From an uncultured Gammaproteobacteria bacterium (GTDB lineage: Bacteria; Patescibacteriota; Microgenomatia; Levybacterales; GWA1-39-11), in the NCBI GenBank assembly GCA_964452165.1, contig CAYVKP010000001.1:140110-204109 (forward strand): 64,000 nt of DNA, in the 5' to 3' direction. The notes beneath the pieces are model-generated. The model was not told the DNA's origin. It was given only the letters and a program-made list of their open reading frames with translations, and did no database searches. Shown piece after piece: positions 37,494 through 48,548 of this stretch. Numbering within the stretch: the stretch's first letter is position 1; every line of letters starts with the position of its first letter. A program made the translations under genes and the position numbers.

Positions 37494-39263
37494 TTGATGC
37501 AACAAAATATTCGGAATTTTTGTATTATTGCGCATGTTGACCACGGAAAATCGACCCTTGCGGATCGCCTCTTGGAGATTACCGGTACGATCCGCAAACA
37601 AGACATAAAAGATCAACAGCAATTTCTTGACTCAAGTGCAATTTCGCGCGAACACGGAATTACAATAAAACTTGCGCCTGTCCGAATGGACTATAAAATT
37701 GGAGACCAACAGTTCGTCCTCAATTTAATCGATACTCCCGGTCATGTGGATTTTTCCTACGAAGTTGTGCGAACCCTTTATGCCTGTGAAGGAGCCGTTC
37801 TTTTGGTTGACGCAACAAAGGGAGTTCAGGCGCAGACCGTTGCCAATTATAATTTTGCCAAGAAACTCAGCCTTAAAATTATCCCAGTTATAAATAAGGT
37901 AGACTTACCTACTGCAAATATTGAAAAAGTCGAGCGCGAGATAGAATCTACATTTGGATTTGAGAAAAGTTCTATCCTAAAAATTTCTGCTAAGACCGGA
38001 ATTGGTGTTGAAGATCTAATTTCCGAGATTATAAAACAAGTTCCTGCTCCCGATGGTTCGGCAGATAGCCAAACTCAAGCCCTAATCTTTGACTCAATTT
38101 ACGACGAGCATCGTGGAATTGTAATCTATGTCCGACTGAGAAACGGAAAAATTAGAAAAGGGGACAAAATTAGATTTGCTTCGGATAATTCTTTGGTTTT
38201 GGTTAATGACGCCGGTTTTATGAAACCAACCTATTCCAGCTCCGAAGAGCTTGTGAATGGTGAGGTTGGATATATCATCACAAATATTAAAGATATAACT
38301 CAGGCAAAGGTTGGAGATACAATCCTTGATGAAAAGGGGACCGGTCAGTCACTCGGAAAGTATATCGAACAAAAACCCTTTGTTTATTTGTCTTTATACC
38401 CGAGTAGTGTTTCAGATTTTCAAAGCTTGCGAAAAGCTTTATATAAATTGAAGCTGAATGATGCAGCACTTGCTATTGCTCCGGAACAATCACAAATTTT
38501 CGGACCCGGTTTCAGATGTGGATTCTTGGGATTATTGCATGCGCAGATTCTAATCGAACGAATTGAAAAGGAAGAGGGTGTTGAAGTTTTTGCGGCCCCA
38601 CCATCTATTGAGTACATAGTTGATGGAAAAAGCGTTACGAATCCCAAAGACCTAAATAACGACGCCCGGGAAGTAAAAGAACCAATTGTCCTTGGTGAAA
38701 TATATACACCGGTTGAATATTTGGGCCCGATACTTGAGATGATTCATAACAAAAGAGGGGCCAGTCACAACATTATTTATTTTGGAAATCAAGCAAAAAT
38801 TGAATTTGAAATGCCACTTGCCAATATTATTTACGATTTCTACGACAAACTTAAAACGCTTTCGAGTGGGTATGCCTCCTTTGACTATGAAATCGCAGAG
38901 TTTCGTATCTCAAAACTTGAACGCGTTGATATATCCGTTAACAATGACATTATTCCAGAACTCTCCTTCGTAGTTCACAGAACGGAAATAGAAGATTTTT
39001 CAAGACGTATGGTAAAAGCATTAGCGGCAGAAATTCCAAGACATCAGTTCGAGGTTCACGTACGGGCACAGGTTGGTGGGAAAATAATTGCCAGTGAAAG
39101 AATTACGGCCTATGCCAAAAATGTTTTGGCAAAAATGTCAGGAGGAGACCGGACAAGAAAAGACAAACTTCTTGAAGCTCAGAAAAAAGGAAAGAAGAAA
39201 ATGAAAACAATCGGTCAGGTCAACGTACCTAAGGAAGCTTTTTTGGCAGTATTGAAAGCTTAA
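37494..39263 (+). CDS. lepA: Elongation factor 4 (LepA)
   Basis: NIRNFCIIAHVDHGKSTLADRLLE; DTPGHVDF; NKVDL; and the LepA-specific C-terminal domain. Confidence 0.95.
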   Translation: MMQQNIRNFCIIAHVDHGKSTLADRLLEITGTIRKQDIKDQQQFLDSSAISREHGITIKLAPVRMDYKIGDQQFVLNLIDTPGHVDFSYEVVRTLYACEGAVLLVDATKGVQAQTVANYNFAKKLSLKIIPVINKVDLPTANIEKVEREIESTFGFEKSSILKISAKTGIGVEDLISEIIKQVPAPDGSADSQTQALIFDSIYDEHRGIVIYVRLRNGKIRKGDKIRFASDNSLVLVNDAGFMKPTYSSSEELVNGEVGYIITNIKDITQAKVGDTILDEKGTGQSLGKYIEQKPFVYLSLYPSSVSDFQSLRKALYKLKLNDAALAIAPEQSQIFGPGFRCGFLGLLHAQILIERIEKEEGVEVFAAPPSIEYIVDGKSVTNPKDLNNDAREVKEPIVLGEIYTPVEYLGPILEMIHNKRGASHNIIYFGNQAKIEFEMPLANIIYDFYDKLKTLSSGYASFDYEIAEFRISKLERVDISVNNDIIPELSFVVHRTEIEDFSRRMVKALAAEIPRHQFEVHVRAQVGGKIIASERITAYAKNVLAKMSGGDRTRKDKLLEAQKKGKKKMKTIGQVNVPKEAFLAVLKA

Positions 39264-39265
39264 TA

Positions 39266-39994
39266 TTATTTGATAGAGATCTTATCTATAATCCTCTTTA
39301 AAATACTTCTTGCAGCTACAACATTTGATGTTTCAGTATTTTTACTTGGAGTGCCATCAACCCTTGTGCTAATCTGAGCGAACAAGCTACCAGAAGGAGA
39401 ATATTTTTTGAAAAACGTAAAGCTTACTCCATATATTTCTCCGCTTGGATAGATTTGATAGGTTTCATAGGCTGTGTAGCCTTCCTTACTTTGATAAATA
39501 TGCTTAGAAGCTTTTTGCAAATCATCTAACGTGGTCGGGATAGTTCCTTCCCAAGCGGGATCAAGAAACGTAGGAGTTAAGGTCAGAGCATTTTTAACGG
39601 GTCCGGTAGTTGTCCAAGTTACTACGTACACAAGTTTGTTGGTTTCCGAATCTTTCAGTTCTAGAGTATTCTGATGAAAGATGTTTCTTTTAAAACTTAA
39701 CTCGACCACATTGACAGATTTACCATCAAATAATGGAGAGTCAATACCAAAGTTGGAGAATGAATACTTTTCTTTAATCGTTGATTTCCAGATAGGCTGA
39801 GGATAAGGTTCAAGATAGTTTCTAATTTCCTCTTCATCGGAAGAGATGGTTTCATCTCTCATGGCTATTGTGCGTTTAAGATTTTGATTTTCTTTTTGAA
39901 GTTTTAGAACCATTAAAGCAAGAATAGCGATTCCAACCATTCCAACAAAAAGTATCGGGAGAAATTTTCTCGAGCTTAAATTGCGAGCTTTCAT
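39266..39994 (-). CDS. Membrane-anchored hypothetical protein
   Basis: 242 aa; N-terminal TM; no motif. Confidence 0.35.
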   Translation of the reverse strand: MKARNLSSRKFLPILFVGMVGIAILALMVLKLQKENQNLKRTIAMRDETISSDEEEIRNYLEPYPQPIWKSTIKEKYSFSNFGIDSPLFDGKSVNVVELSFKRNIFHQNTLELKDSETNKLVYVVTWTTTGPVKNALTLTPTFLDPAWEGTIPTTLDDLQKASKHIYQSKEGYTAYETYQIYPSGEIYGVSFTFFKKYSPSGSLFAQISTRVDGTPSKNTETSNVVAARSILKRIIDKISIK

Positions 39995-39995
39995 T

Positions 39996-41165
39996 TTAGA
40001 GGGCGAGGAGTAAGAATCCGCCCACTATTGAGATTGCCGCCGCAGCGATTATTCCAATTGTTTGAGCAACGCTTCCGGTTGGCGGAACTGTAGGCTTCTC
40101 AACCAATGTTGGTTTTTCAACAAGAGTAGGAGTTGCGGTTGGAGCAGTTGTTGCGGTCGGGACAATAGTTGCAGAAGCACTTCCAGACACGGTTACGGTT
40201 TGATTACAGGCGCTACTGATAGCGCCCTTATTATCTGTAAATACCGCGCTTGCCGAGAAGTTTCCACCGTTTTGATAAGTGTGATTGGTTTGTGCATTTA
40301 CGCTTTTCAAATTCATTCCTACTGTTATATCCTGCGTTTGTCCATCACCAAAAGTAAATGTTGTCTTGGCGATAACGCCTTGGGTATCCGGATCATTTCC
40401 TTTGGCGCCAAGAAGTACTGAGAAGGGAGCAGAACCACTACTTGATGGGGAGACGGTGAATTCGGTACAAATCGGTATTTGATTATTAGTGGCCGGGCCT
40501 GTGGTTGGTACCACAGTTGTAGTCGTTGGGTTTACTACAGGTGTTACTGAAGTGCTAGGTGCAGGCGTAGTAGAACCGGTTGGAACCGGAGCCGGACAAG
40601 CACCTGTGGCAATATTTACGTTTGCAGGAGACACGGTTGATAAGACGTTGTCTGATGCCAAGCTATTGTCTTGTGGATTGATATTTTCAAAAACATACAC
40701 AAAGCTTTTGGTGCTATCCACCTGAACTTGTGCTGGGCCTGCAACGAGCGGTTTAAATGTAATTGTCGCAACCTTTGTTATGGTTTGAACCGCATTCAAA
40801 GGCTGAGGTCCTGTGCTTATGGAGAAGGAGACTTGTCCATTTGAGATTGAGGGAGCAGCAATAGTACCCGGGAAAGCCTTGCTTTGGGTGACCTGGGTTG
40901 CCTGAAGTTTTGTTGGATCGTAAGTTATAACCGGTTTAACAATCGAAACTGCGTTAACACCAGGGTCAATCATGAGATCCACATCAAAAGTCGTACATTG
41001 AGTAGAAGTGTTAGGGCTTTCGGGGTTGAAATATAAACGCGAAGCTGCGGTGGCTCGGCTTCTTACCTCCTGTTGTTTTTTGACAAAATAGAGAGTGAGC
41101 GGAATACTTATTAATAGTAGGGCAAGTGTTCCTATTACTAGAAATTTGTTTGCAAATAATTTCAT
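39996..41165 (-). CDS. Cell-surface protein with cohesin-like and PKD domains, Thr/Pro-rich linker and a C-terminal PPTGS+TM tail
   Basis: N-terminal signal anchor; cohesin-like block (CTTFDVDLMIDPGVNAVSIV...GQVSFSIS); PKD-like block (TFTFGDGQTQD...HTYQNGGNFSASAVFTDNKG); tandem PTLVEKPTLVEK; C-terminus TVPPTGSVAQTIGIIAAAAISIVGGFLLLAL. Confidence 0.55.
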   Translation of the reverse strand: MKLFANKFLVIGTLALLLISIPLTLYFVKKQQEVRSRATAASRLYFNPESPNTSTQCTTFDVDLMIDPGVNAVSIVKPVITYDPTKLQATQVTQSKAFPGTIAAPSISNGQVSFSISTGPQPLNAVQTITKVATITFKPLVAGPAQVQVDSTKSFVYVFENINPQDNSLASDNVLSTVSPANVNIATGACPAPVPTGSTTPAPSTSVTPVVNPTTTTVVPTTGPATNNQIPICTEFTVSPSSSGSAPFSVLLGAKGNDPDTQGVIAKTTFTFGDGQTQDITVGMNLKSVNAQTNHTYQNGGNFSASAVFTDNKGAISSACNQTVTVSGSASATIVPTATTAPTATPTLVEKPTLVEKPTVPPTGSVAQTIGIIAAAAISIVGGFLLLAL

Positions 41166-41270
41166 TTAAACGCGGTACAAAACGCGCGATTTAGCGTTTG
41201 ATATAGCGTAGACAATTCGGGCAGATAAGTCAATGACGTTTTGAAATAAATTAGCAATCGGCCCGACATC

Positions 41271-41299
41271 TTGACAAAATCGGCCATATTAATTAGAAT
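41271..41299 (+). promoter_or_regulatory. Sigma70-type promoter of groES-groEL (TTGACA-17-TAGAAT)
   Basis: TTGACA at 41271..41276, 17-nt spacer, TAGAAT at 41294..41299; 15 nt upstream of the groES ATG (41314). Confidence 0.55.
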
Positions 41300-41313
41300 A
41301 CTTAATCGTAAAC

Positions 41314-41619
41314 ATGGTAAAAACAGTCCAAACAACAAATATAAAACCACTTTTCAACAACGTTTTGGTTAAGCCCCTTGAGGCCGAAGAAAAAACAACT
41401 GGGGGAATTTATTTACCTGAAACGGCGAAAGAAAAACCACAAGTTGGTCTCGTGATGGCAATTGGTGATGGCGAAGTAACTCCAAAAGGGGAAGTCAAAA
41501 AGATGACAGTCAAGGTGGGAGATAAGGTTATGTACAAAAAATGGGGCGGAAATGAAGTTAAGGTTGGAAATGAAGAATGGACGATAGTTGAAGAGAAAGA
41601 TATTTTGGCAATAGTCTAA
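41314..41619 (+). CDS. groES: Co-chaperonin GroES
   Basis: 101 aa; PLFNNVLVKPLEAEEKTTGGIYLPETAKEKPQVG...AIGDGE mobile-loop region. Confidence 0.95.
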   Translation: MVKTVQTTNIKPLFNNVLVKPLEAEEKTTGGIYLPETAKEKPQVGLVMAIGDGEVTPKGEVKKMTVKVGDKVMYKKWGGNEVKVGNEEWTIVEEKDILAIV

Positions 41620-41648
41620 AGGGGTTCCCAAATTAAAATTTGGGGTGA

Positions 41649-43298
<1,650 letters not shown>

Positions 43299-43337
43299 AC
43301 TCCTTTTAATTTCTCCAATTCAGTTTAAAATATAAAT

Positions 43338-44165
43338 ATGGTTGATGTTCATTGTCATTTAAATTTGCATGCTTTCGATGAAGATTATGATGAGGTTGCA
43401 AAACGCGCGTTTGAAGCGGGAGTTCGTGTAACAGTAAATACAGGAACGAGCATCCCCTCAAGTAGAAAGGCCGTCGAACTAGCGCAAAAATACGAGAAAA
43501 TGTATGCGATCGTTGGAGTTCATCCTCATCATGCGGATAAAGCGGACGTCGAGTTCGAGGGCGAACTACAAAAAGATTGGTTTGAAAATCTCAGAAAGAT
43601 AGCCCAGAGTGATAAAGTTATTGGAATTGGGGAGACGGGACTCGATTACCATACATATAAATCAAACGGCATAGTTGATAAGCCACTTCAGGAAGATGCC
43701 TTCAGAAAACAAATCGAACTTTCAATCGAATTAAAATTGCCGCTACAGATTCATAATCGGTTGGCAGGAGAAGATGTGGTCCGAATTCTTTTGGAATATA
43801 AGCACAAATTTCAAGACCCTCCGGGCATGTTTCATTGTTTTGCCGGGACTCAGGAAGTCTTGAAAAGTGCTTTAGGTCTAGGGTTTTATATTGGATTTGA
43901 CGGCAACGTTACCTATAAAGGGATTGCGCCGGGAGAGTCGGTAGCTTTACCTGAGCTAGCAAAAAATGTTCCCTTGGATCGTATTTTAGCCGAGACAGAC
44001 AGTCCATTTTTGACGCCAATTCCTCTTCGCGGGCAGCGAAACGAACCCGCAAATGTTATAATTGTAGGAGAGTATTTAGCCAACCTTCTCGGTGTTGGTT
44101 TTTCTGAGTTTCAACAGGCTACCTACTCGAATTTTAAGAAACTTTTCGGCATACAAATAAGCTAA
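43338..44165 (+). CDS. tatD: TatD-family metal-dependent DNase/hydrolase
   Basis: MVDVHCHLNLHAFDEDYDEV N-terminal motif; 275 aa. Confidence 0.8.
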   Translation: MVDVHCHLNLHAFDEDYDEVAKRAFEAGVRVTVNTGTSIPSSRKAVELAQKYEKMYAIVGVHPHHADKADVEFEGELQKDWFENLRKIAQSDKVIGIGETGLDYHTYKSNGIVDKPLQEDAFRKQIELSIELKLPLQIHNRLAGEDVVRILLEYKHKFQDPPGMFHCFAGTQEVLKSALGLGFYIGFDGNVTYKGIAPGESVALPELAKNVPLDRILAETDSPFLTPIPLRGQRNEPANVIIVGEYLANLLGVGFSEFQQATYSNFKKLFGIQIS

Positions 44166-44166
44166 T

Positions 44167-45660
44167 ATGCATACTCTTGCTAACAAACTATTCACAAGAT
44201 ACCCCAGGAAATCGCTTCGTGCACTTGAAATTATTCCACCACTTTCTGCAATTTTTCTCATAAGCATGCCGTTTTGGGGAGCGATTTTTTTCCCGGTTCA
44301 GCTTGCTTATTTCATAATCTTCTTCGATGTTTATTGGTTGTATAAATCATTTAATTTGGCAGTTTGTGCGTTTATTTCAGCAAGAAAAATAAAAGCAGCC
44401 GAGAAAGAAGACTGGCTTGCGAAGACTAAAGATCTTCCCAATTTTAATAGAGTCCGTCATGTAGTAATAATTCCTACGTACCAAGAGACAATTGGTAAAA
44501 TTCGTGAAACTCTGGATAGTATTTTGGCTCAAACTTTTCCTCCCAAGGGTATTTATGTTTTTGTTGCATTTGAAGAACGCGAGGAGAATGCCAAGGAAAA
44601 ATCGGCAGAGTTACTCCGAGAGTATAAAAATAAATTCGCCATTTTACAAACCACATTCCACCCTGATATCCCATCTGAAGTAAAAGGTAAATCATCAAAT
44701 GAAGCATACGCAGCAAAATTTGCAGAAAAAACAATTCTCGCAGATAAAAAGATTGATCTGGATTTTCTAACTGTGTCATCTGTTGATGCCGATTCAATTT
44801 TTGACAAACAATTTTTTGCAAACCTTGCTTACTGCTTCCTCACAAGTAAAGAGCCACACCTTACATTTTGGCAATCCGCAAATGTCACCTACAACAACTT
44901 CTGGCAAGTCCCATCGTTTATTAGAATCATTTCTTTTTTTGGCAGTCTATGGAGGATATCACTTCTGGTTCAGGGTATGAGATTAATACCAAATTCTGTC
45001 TACTCATTATCTTTTAAGCTACTGAAAGAAATTGACTATTGGGATACCGACGTAATTCCTGAGGATTACAGAATATTCTTTAAAGCTTTCTTTAGGACAG
45101 GAGGAAAAGTTACCGTTGCTCCAATATTTTTGAAAACTTCAATGGACGCTCCTAAGTCCGCAACCTACTTTAAGTCCTTGCTTAATAAATACAATCAGGA
45201 AAGACGATGGTCCTGGGGAATATCCGACGATGCAGTTTATCTTAAATGGTGGCTGATAGTAAAAGAAGCTCCGTTTTGGAGAAAAACACATCTAGTTGCA
45301 AATGTTTTGATTGATCATATTCTATGGCCTGTTAACTGGTATATTATTACAATTTCTGCAAACTTGATAGTTTTTCTAAACCCCGTTTTCACTAGAACCA
45401 GCCTGGGATATAACCTGCCAAGAATGTCCGGATTTATACTGACGCTCTGTCTGCTTGCTTTATTCGTATTAATATACGTAGACTTTAATATGAGAGCAAA
45501 AACGTCAGGAGTCTCTAAATTTAGACAATTCATTTTCCCATTGGAATTTGTTTTAATGCCAATTTCAGGATTCTTCCTTTCATCTCTTCCCGCCTTGATC
45601 TCTCATGTACAGTTGATTGTAGGTAAGAGGCTCGAATACAAAGTAACTGAAAAGTCATGA
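44167..45660 (+). CDS. Membrane-embedded processive GT2 glycosyltransferase (cellulose/chitin/hyaluronan synthase-like)
   Basis: VVIIPTYQE (a GT2 N-terminal motif); SSVDADS (DxD); QERRWSWG (the QxxRW signature of processive GT2 synthases); TM helices flank the catalytic domain. Confidence 0.6.
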   Translation: MHTLANKLFTRYPRKSLRALEIIPPLSAIFLISMPFWGAIFFPVQLAYFIIFFDVYWLYKSFNLAVCAFISARKIKAAEKEDWLAKTKDLPNFNRVRHVVIIPTYQETIGKIRETLDSILAQTFPPKGIYVFVAFEEREENAKEKSAELLREYKNKFAILQTTFHPDIPSEVKGKSSNEAYAAKFAEKTILADKKIDLDFLTVSSVDADSIFDKQFFANLAYCFLTSKEPHLTFWQSANVTYNNFWQVPSFIRIISFFGSLWRISLLVQGMRLIPNSVYSLSFKLLKEIDYWDTDVIPEDYRIFFKAFFRTGGKVTVAPIFLKTSMDAPKSATYFKSLLNKYNQERRWSWGISDDAVYLKWWLIVKEAPFWRKTHLVANVLIDHILWPVNWYIITISANLIVFLNPVFTRTSLGYNLPRMSGFILTLCLLALFVLIYVDFNMRAKTSGVSKFRQFIFPLEFVLMPISGFFLSSLPALISHVQLIVGKRLEYKVTEKS

Positions 45661-47156
45661 GAGAAAAGATCACGACCTTCCTAAATCAGAAGATAAACAA
45701 CAAAGAGATACTCTTTCTTGCCGTAGCGCTCCTCATATTTTCATTGTTTAGAGTGCCTTCCGTTGTTGAGCCATATTGGTACGGTGACGAAGGAATTTAT
45801 GAAGTAATAGGACAGGCAGTTGCCCACGGTAGAATGCTTTATTCGGGTATTTGGGATAACAAACCTCCGCTTTTATATATGATATATGCCTTGTTTTCAG
45901 GGGATCAGTTTTATGTACGGCTTCTTTCAATAATTACAGGAATGGCGGCAATTGTTTTCTTCTTTCTTCTTGCCAAAAAGTTATTTAAGAAAGAGCTTCC
46001 AGTCTATATTTCAACTATCTTTTTTGCTATTGTTTTTGGTCTCCCGCTTCTTGAGGGAAACATTGCGAACGCTGAGAACTTTATGCTGTTGCCAATAATT
46101 GCGGGGTTTTATTGTATTCTGCAGGGCAGAGGAAAGAATAAATACATTCTAATTGCCCTATCTGGAGTATTGTTGTCTCTGGCATTTTTAACAAAAATAG
46201 TTGCCGTCTTTGATTTTGCAGCAATCGCAGTCTCGGTTTTTATCTTAAGATTCTACGAAGAAATTCAATTCACAGAAAAAAAAGTTTCTGAGGAATTGAA
46301 GAAATTAATAGCAGGTTTTGAACAAGAAACAGTATTTGCGATCTTTTTTGCTATTCCCATAGTTATTACTGCTGCGTATTTTTTCTTCTCCGGAGCATTT
46401 TCTGATTTTTTCCATGCAGCACTTTCCCAAAACGTTGGATATGTGGGTTACGGTAATTATTTCCTCTTCCCAATGGGACTGCTCTTTTTTAAATTGGTTA
46501 TATTGCTTTTTTCAACGCTGCTTGTTGCAAGATACAGACGAGCTCTTGGTCAAGGTGGAGTTGTAATTCTTGTTTGGGTCTTATTTTCTTTGTTTAACGC
46601 CTTTTTTTCCGCAAGACCCTATACGCACTATGTCCTAGTGCTTCTTCCCGCTCTTTCTCTATTGCTGGGTTATATTTTTGAATACAAGAGAATGCTAAAG
46701 ATCACCTTGCCCTTTTTTATAATTATTCTATTTTTAGTTCACTACAATTTTAATTTCTACACAAAAATAGTTCCCTATTATTCCAACTATCTCAAATTCA
46801 TAGGTGGAGGGTCTGTTACGCAGTACCAATCATTTTTTGATAAAAATACTCCTCGGGACTACGACATAGCATCTTTCATTGAAATGAAAACCAATCCAAA
46901 TGAAGGTATATTCTTGTGGAGTGACAGCGCTCAAATTTATGCACTTTCAGAAAAACTTCCTCCGGGAAGATATGCTGTCTCCTATCACATCACGTTTTAT
47001 AAAGACGCAATAGATGAAACCAAAAAGGCTTTAGATAGTACAAAGCCTAAATACATAATTTCAACCAAAGAGTCACCCGAGCTTGAAAACTTTTTGACGG
47101 GTTATATTTTGAAATACAAAATAGATAATGCTTTAGTCTATGAAAGGCAGTCTTAA
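45657..47156 (+). CDS. Polytopic GT-C-type (ArnT/PMT-like) glycosyltransferase
   Basis: 499 aa, more than 10 TM helices; first-loop motif EPYWYGDEGIY...DNKPPLLY resembles GT-C polyprenyl-phosphate-sugar utilising enzymes. Confidence 0.45.
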   Translation: MREKITTFLNQKINNKEILFLAVALLIFSLFRVPSVVEPYWYGDEGIYEVIGQAVAHGRMLYSGIWDNKPPLLYMIYALFSGDQFYVRLLSIITGMAAIVFFFLLAKKLFKKELPVYISTIFFAIVFGLPLLEGNIANAENFMLLPIIAGFYCILQGRGKNKYILIALSGVLLSLAFLTKIVAVFDFAAIAVSVFILRFYEEIQFTEKKVSEELKKLIAGFEQETVFAIFFAIPIVITAAYFFFSGAFSDFFHAALSQNVGYVGYGNYFLFPMGLLFFKLVILLFSTLLVARYRRALGQGGVVILVWVLFSLFNAFFSARPYTHYVLVLLPALSLLLGYIFEYKRMLKITLPFFIIILFLVHYNFNFYTKIVPYYSNYLKFIGGGSVTQYQSFFDKNTPRDYDIASFIEMKTNPNEGIFLWSDSAQIYALSEKLPPGRYAVSYHITFYKDAIDETKKALDSTKPKYIISTKESPELENFLTGYILKYKIDNALVYERQS

Positions 47157-47493
47157 AACTCTTTTTTCAGATAATTCGATAAAGCTTACTGCCATAGCTT
47201 CTATTTTTTTAATTCTTTTTCAAGGAATTTTGTCACTTGTTTTTTTCCAAAAACTCCCAATTCTTGTGCCGCTTCTCAATAGCCAACCCTGGGGAGTAGG
47301 GCGTCTATATCCTTCCTGGACGGTTCTTCTAATTTGCCCCCTTTTGATATTTACTTTTGTAGTTAATAATCTTTTGAGTGCAGTCTTCTATAAGAAAAAT
47401 ACACTTGTTTCACGCGTCTTAATTTTCAATGGATTCTTGTTTGTTTTACTCGCTACGATAGCATTTATACAAATTTTATTTTTAGTATTTTGA
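47140..47493 (+). CDS. Small 4-TM membrane protein, GtrA-like (polysaccharide synthesis accessory)
   Basis: 117 aa, four hydrophobic helices; its size and position between glycosyltransferase genes resemble the GtrA family. Confidence 0.3.
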   Translation: MKGSLKTLFSDNSIKLTAIASIFLILFQGILSLVFFQKLPILVPLLNSQPWGVGRLYPSWTVLLICPLLIFTFVVNNLLSAVFYKKNTLVSRVLIFNGFLFVLLATIAFIQILFLVF

Positions 47494-48548
47494 TGCTTTT
47501 ATCATTGCTCATTCCGTTTATTGTTTCTTGCATAGCAGTTTTGGCTTTAACTCCATTGACTATCTCATTTGCACAAAAGTTTGGATTAATTGATGATCCA
47601 AAAAAGCACAAACACCCGGCAATTATTCACAAAAAAACTTTGCCTCGCGCAGGTGGACTTCCTATATATATAGGTATCGTTTTGGGTTTAATTTTTTTTA
47701 TTCCTCCAAACCCTACATATATTGCAGTAGTCACCGCAGGAGCGTTAGTTGTAGTATTGGGTCTTCTTGACGATAAATATGATCTGTCGCCGTATCTGCG
47801 GTTTATTGGCAATATAGTTTGTGCGGGTATTGTAGTTTTCTCAGGAATTCACATACCCTTTATAACCAATCCTACTGGTGGTATTTTACTGTTCACTCAT
47901 TTTTCTTTAAATATTGCAGGACTTCCAATATCGGCTCCCCATATTCTTGCCATAGTTTGGATAGTTTGGATAATGAACATGCTTAATTGGAGCAAGGGAG
48001 TAGATGGTCAGATGCCCGGTATTGCAGTCGTCTCATCTATCATAGTAGGAATTGCAGCTTTAAGATTTCCGGTACTTACAGAAAGTAGTCTCATGGTGTC
48101 TGAAATATCGTTTATTGTTGCTGGAGCATCTCTAGGATTTCTCTTCTACAATTTTTATCCTGCAAAAATTTTCCCCGGATACAGCGCGACAATATTAGGA
48201 TTTATGATAGGAATTTTGTCGATAATGTCGGGCGTAAAACTTGCAACCGCAGTTCTTGTTATGGGAGTTCCTACCGCCGATGCGATATTTACGATAACAA
48301 GAAGACTTGCTTCGGGCAAGTCTCCTTTCAAGCACGACAAGGGACATCTCCATCACTTATTGTTAAATCTGGGCTTGAAGCAGCGCACAATCGCGCTCAT
48401 CTATTGGCTATTGTCTTTACTTTTGGGTTTGTTTGCACTTAATTTATCCTCCCGTGGTAAGCTTTTTGCTATAATTCTAGTGCTTGTAGTTGTTGGAGCG
48501 GTAATTTTAACACTAAGACTAACAGCAAAAAGTGAAAATGCAGAATAG
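47490..48548 (+). CDS. Glycosyltransferase family 4 polyprenyl-phosphate hexosamine-1-phosphate transferase (WecA/MraY family)
   Basis: 352 aa polytopic; conserved GLLDDKYDLSP (DDxxD) and IMNMLNWSKGVDGQ segments of the MraY/WecA family. Confidence 0.65.
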   Translation: MMLLSLLIPFIVSCIAVLALTPLTISFAQKFGLIDDPKKHKHPAIIHKKTLPRAGGLPIYIGIVLGLIFFIPPNPTYIAVVTAGALVVVLGLLDDKYDLSPYLRFIGNIVCAGIVVFSGIHIPFITNPTGGILLFTHFSLNIAGLPISAPHILAIVWIVWIMNMLNWSKGVDGQMPGIAVVSSIIVGIAALRFPVLTESSLMVSEISFIVAGASLGFLFYNFYPAKIFPGYSATILGFMIGILSIMSGVKLATAVLVMGVPTADAIFTITRRLASGKSPFKHDKGHLHHLLLNLGLKQRTIALIYWLLSLLLGLFALNLSSRGKLFAIILVLVVVGAVILTLRLTAKSENAE

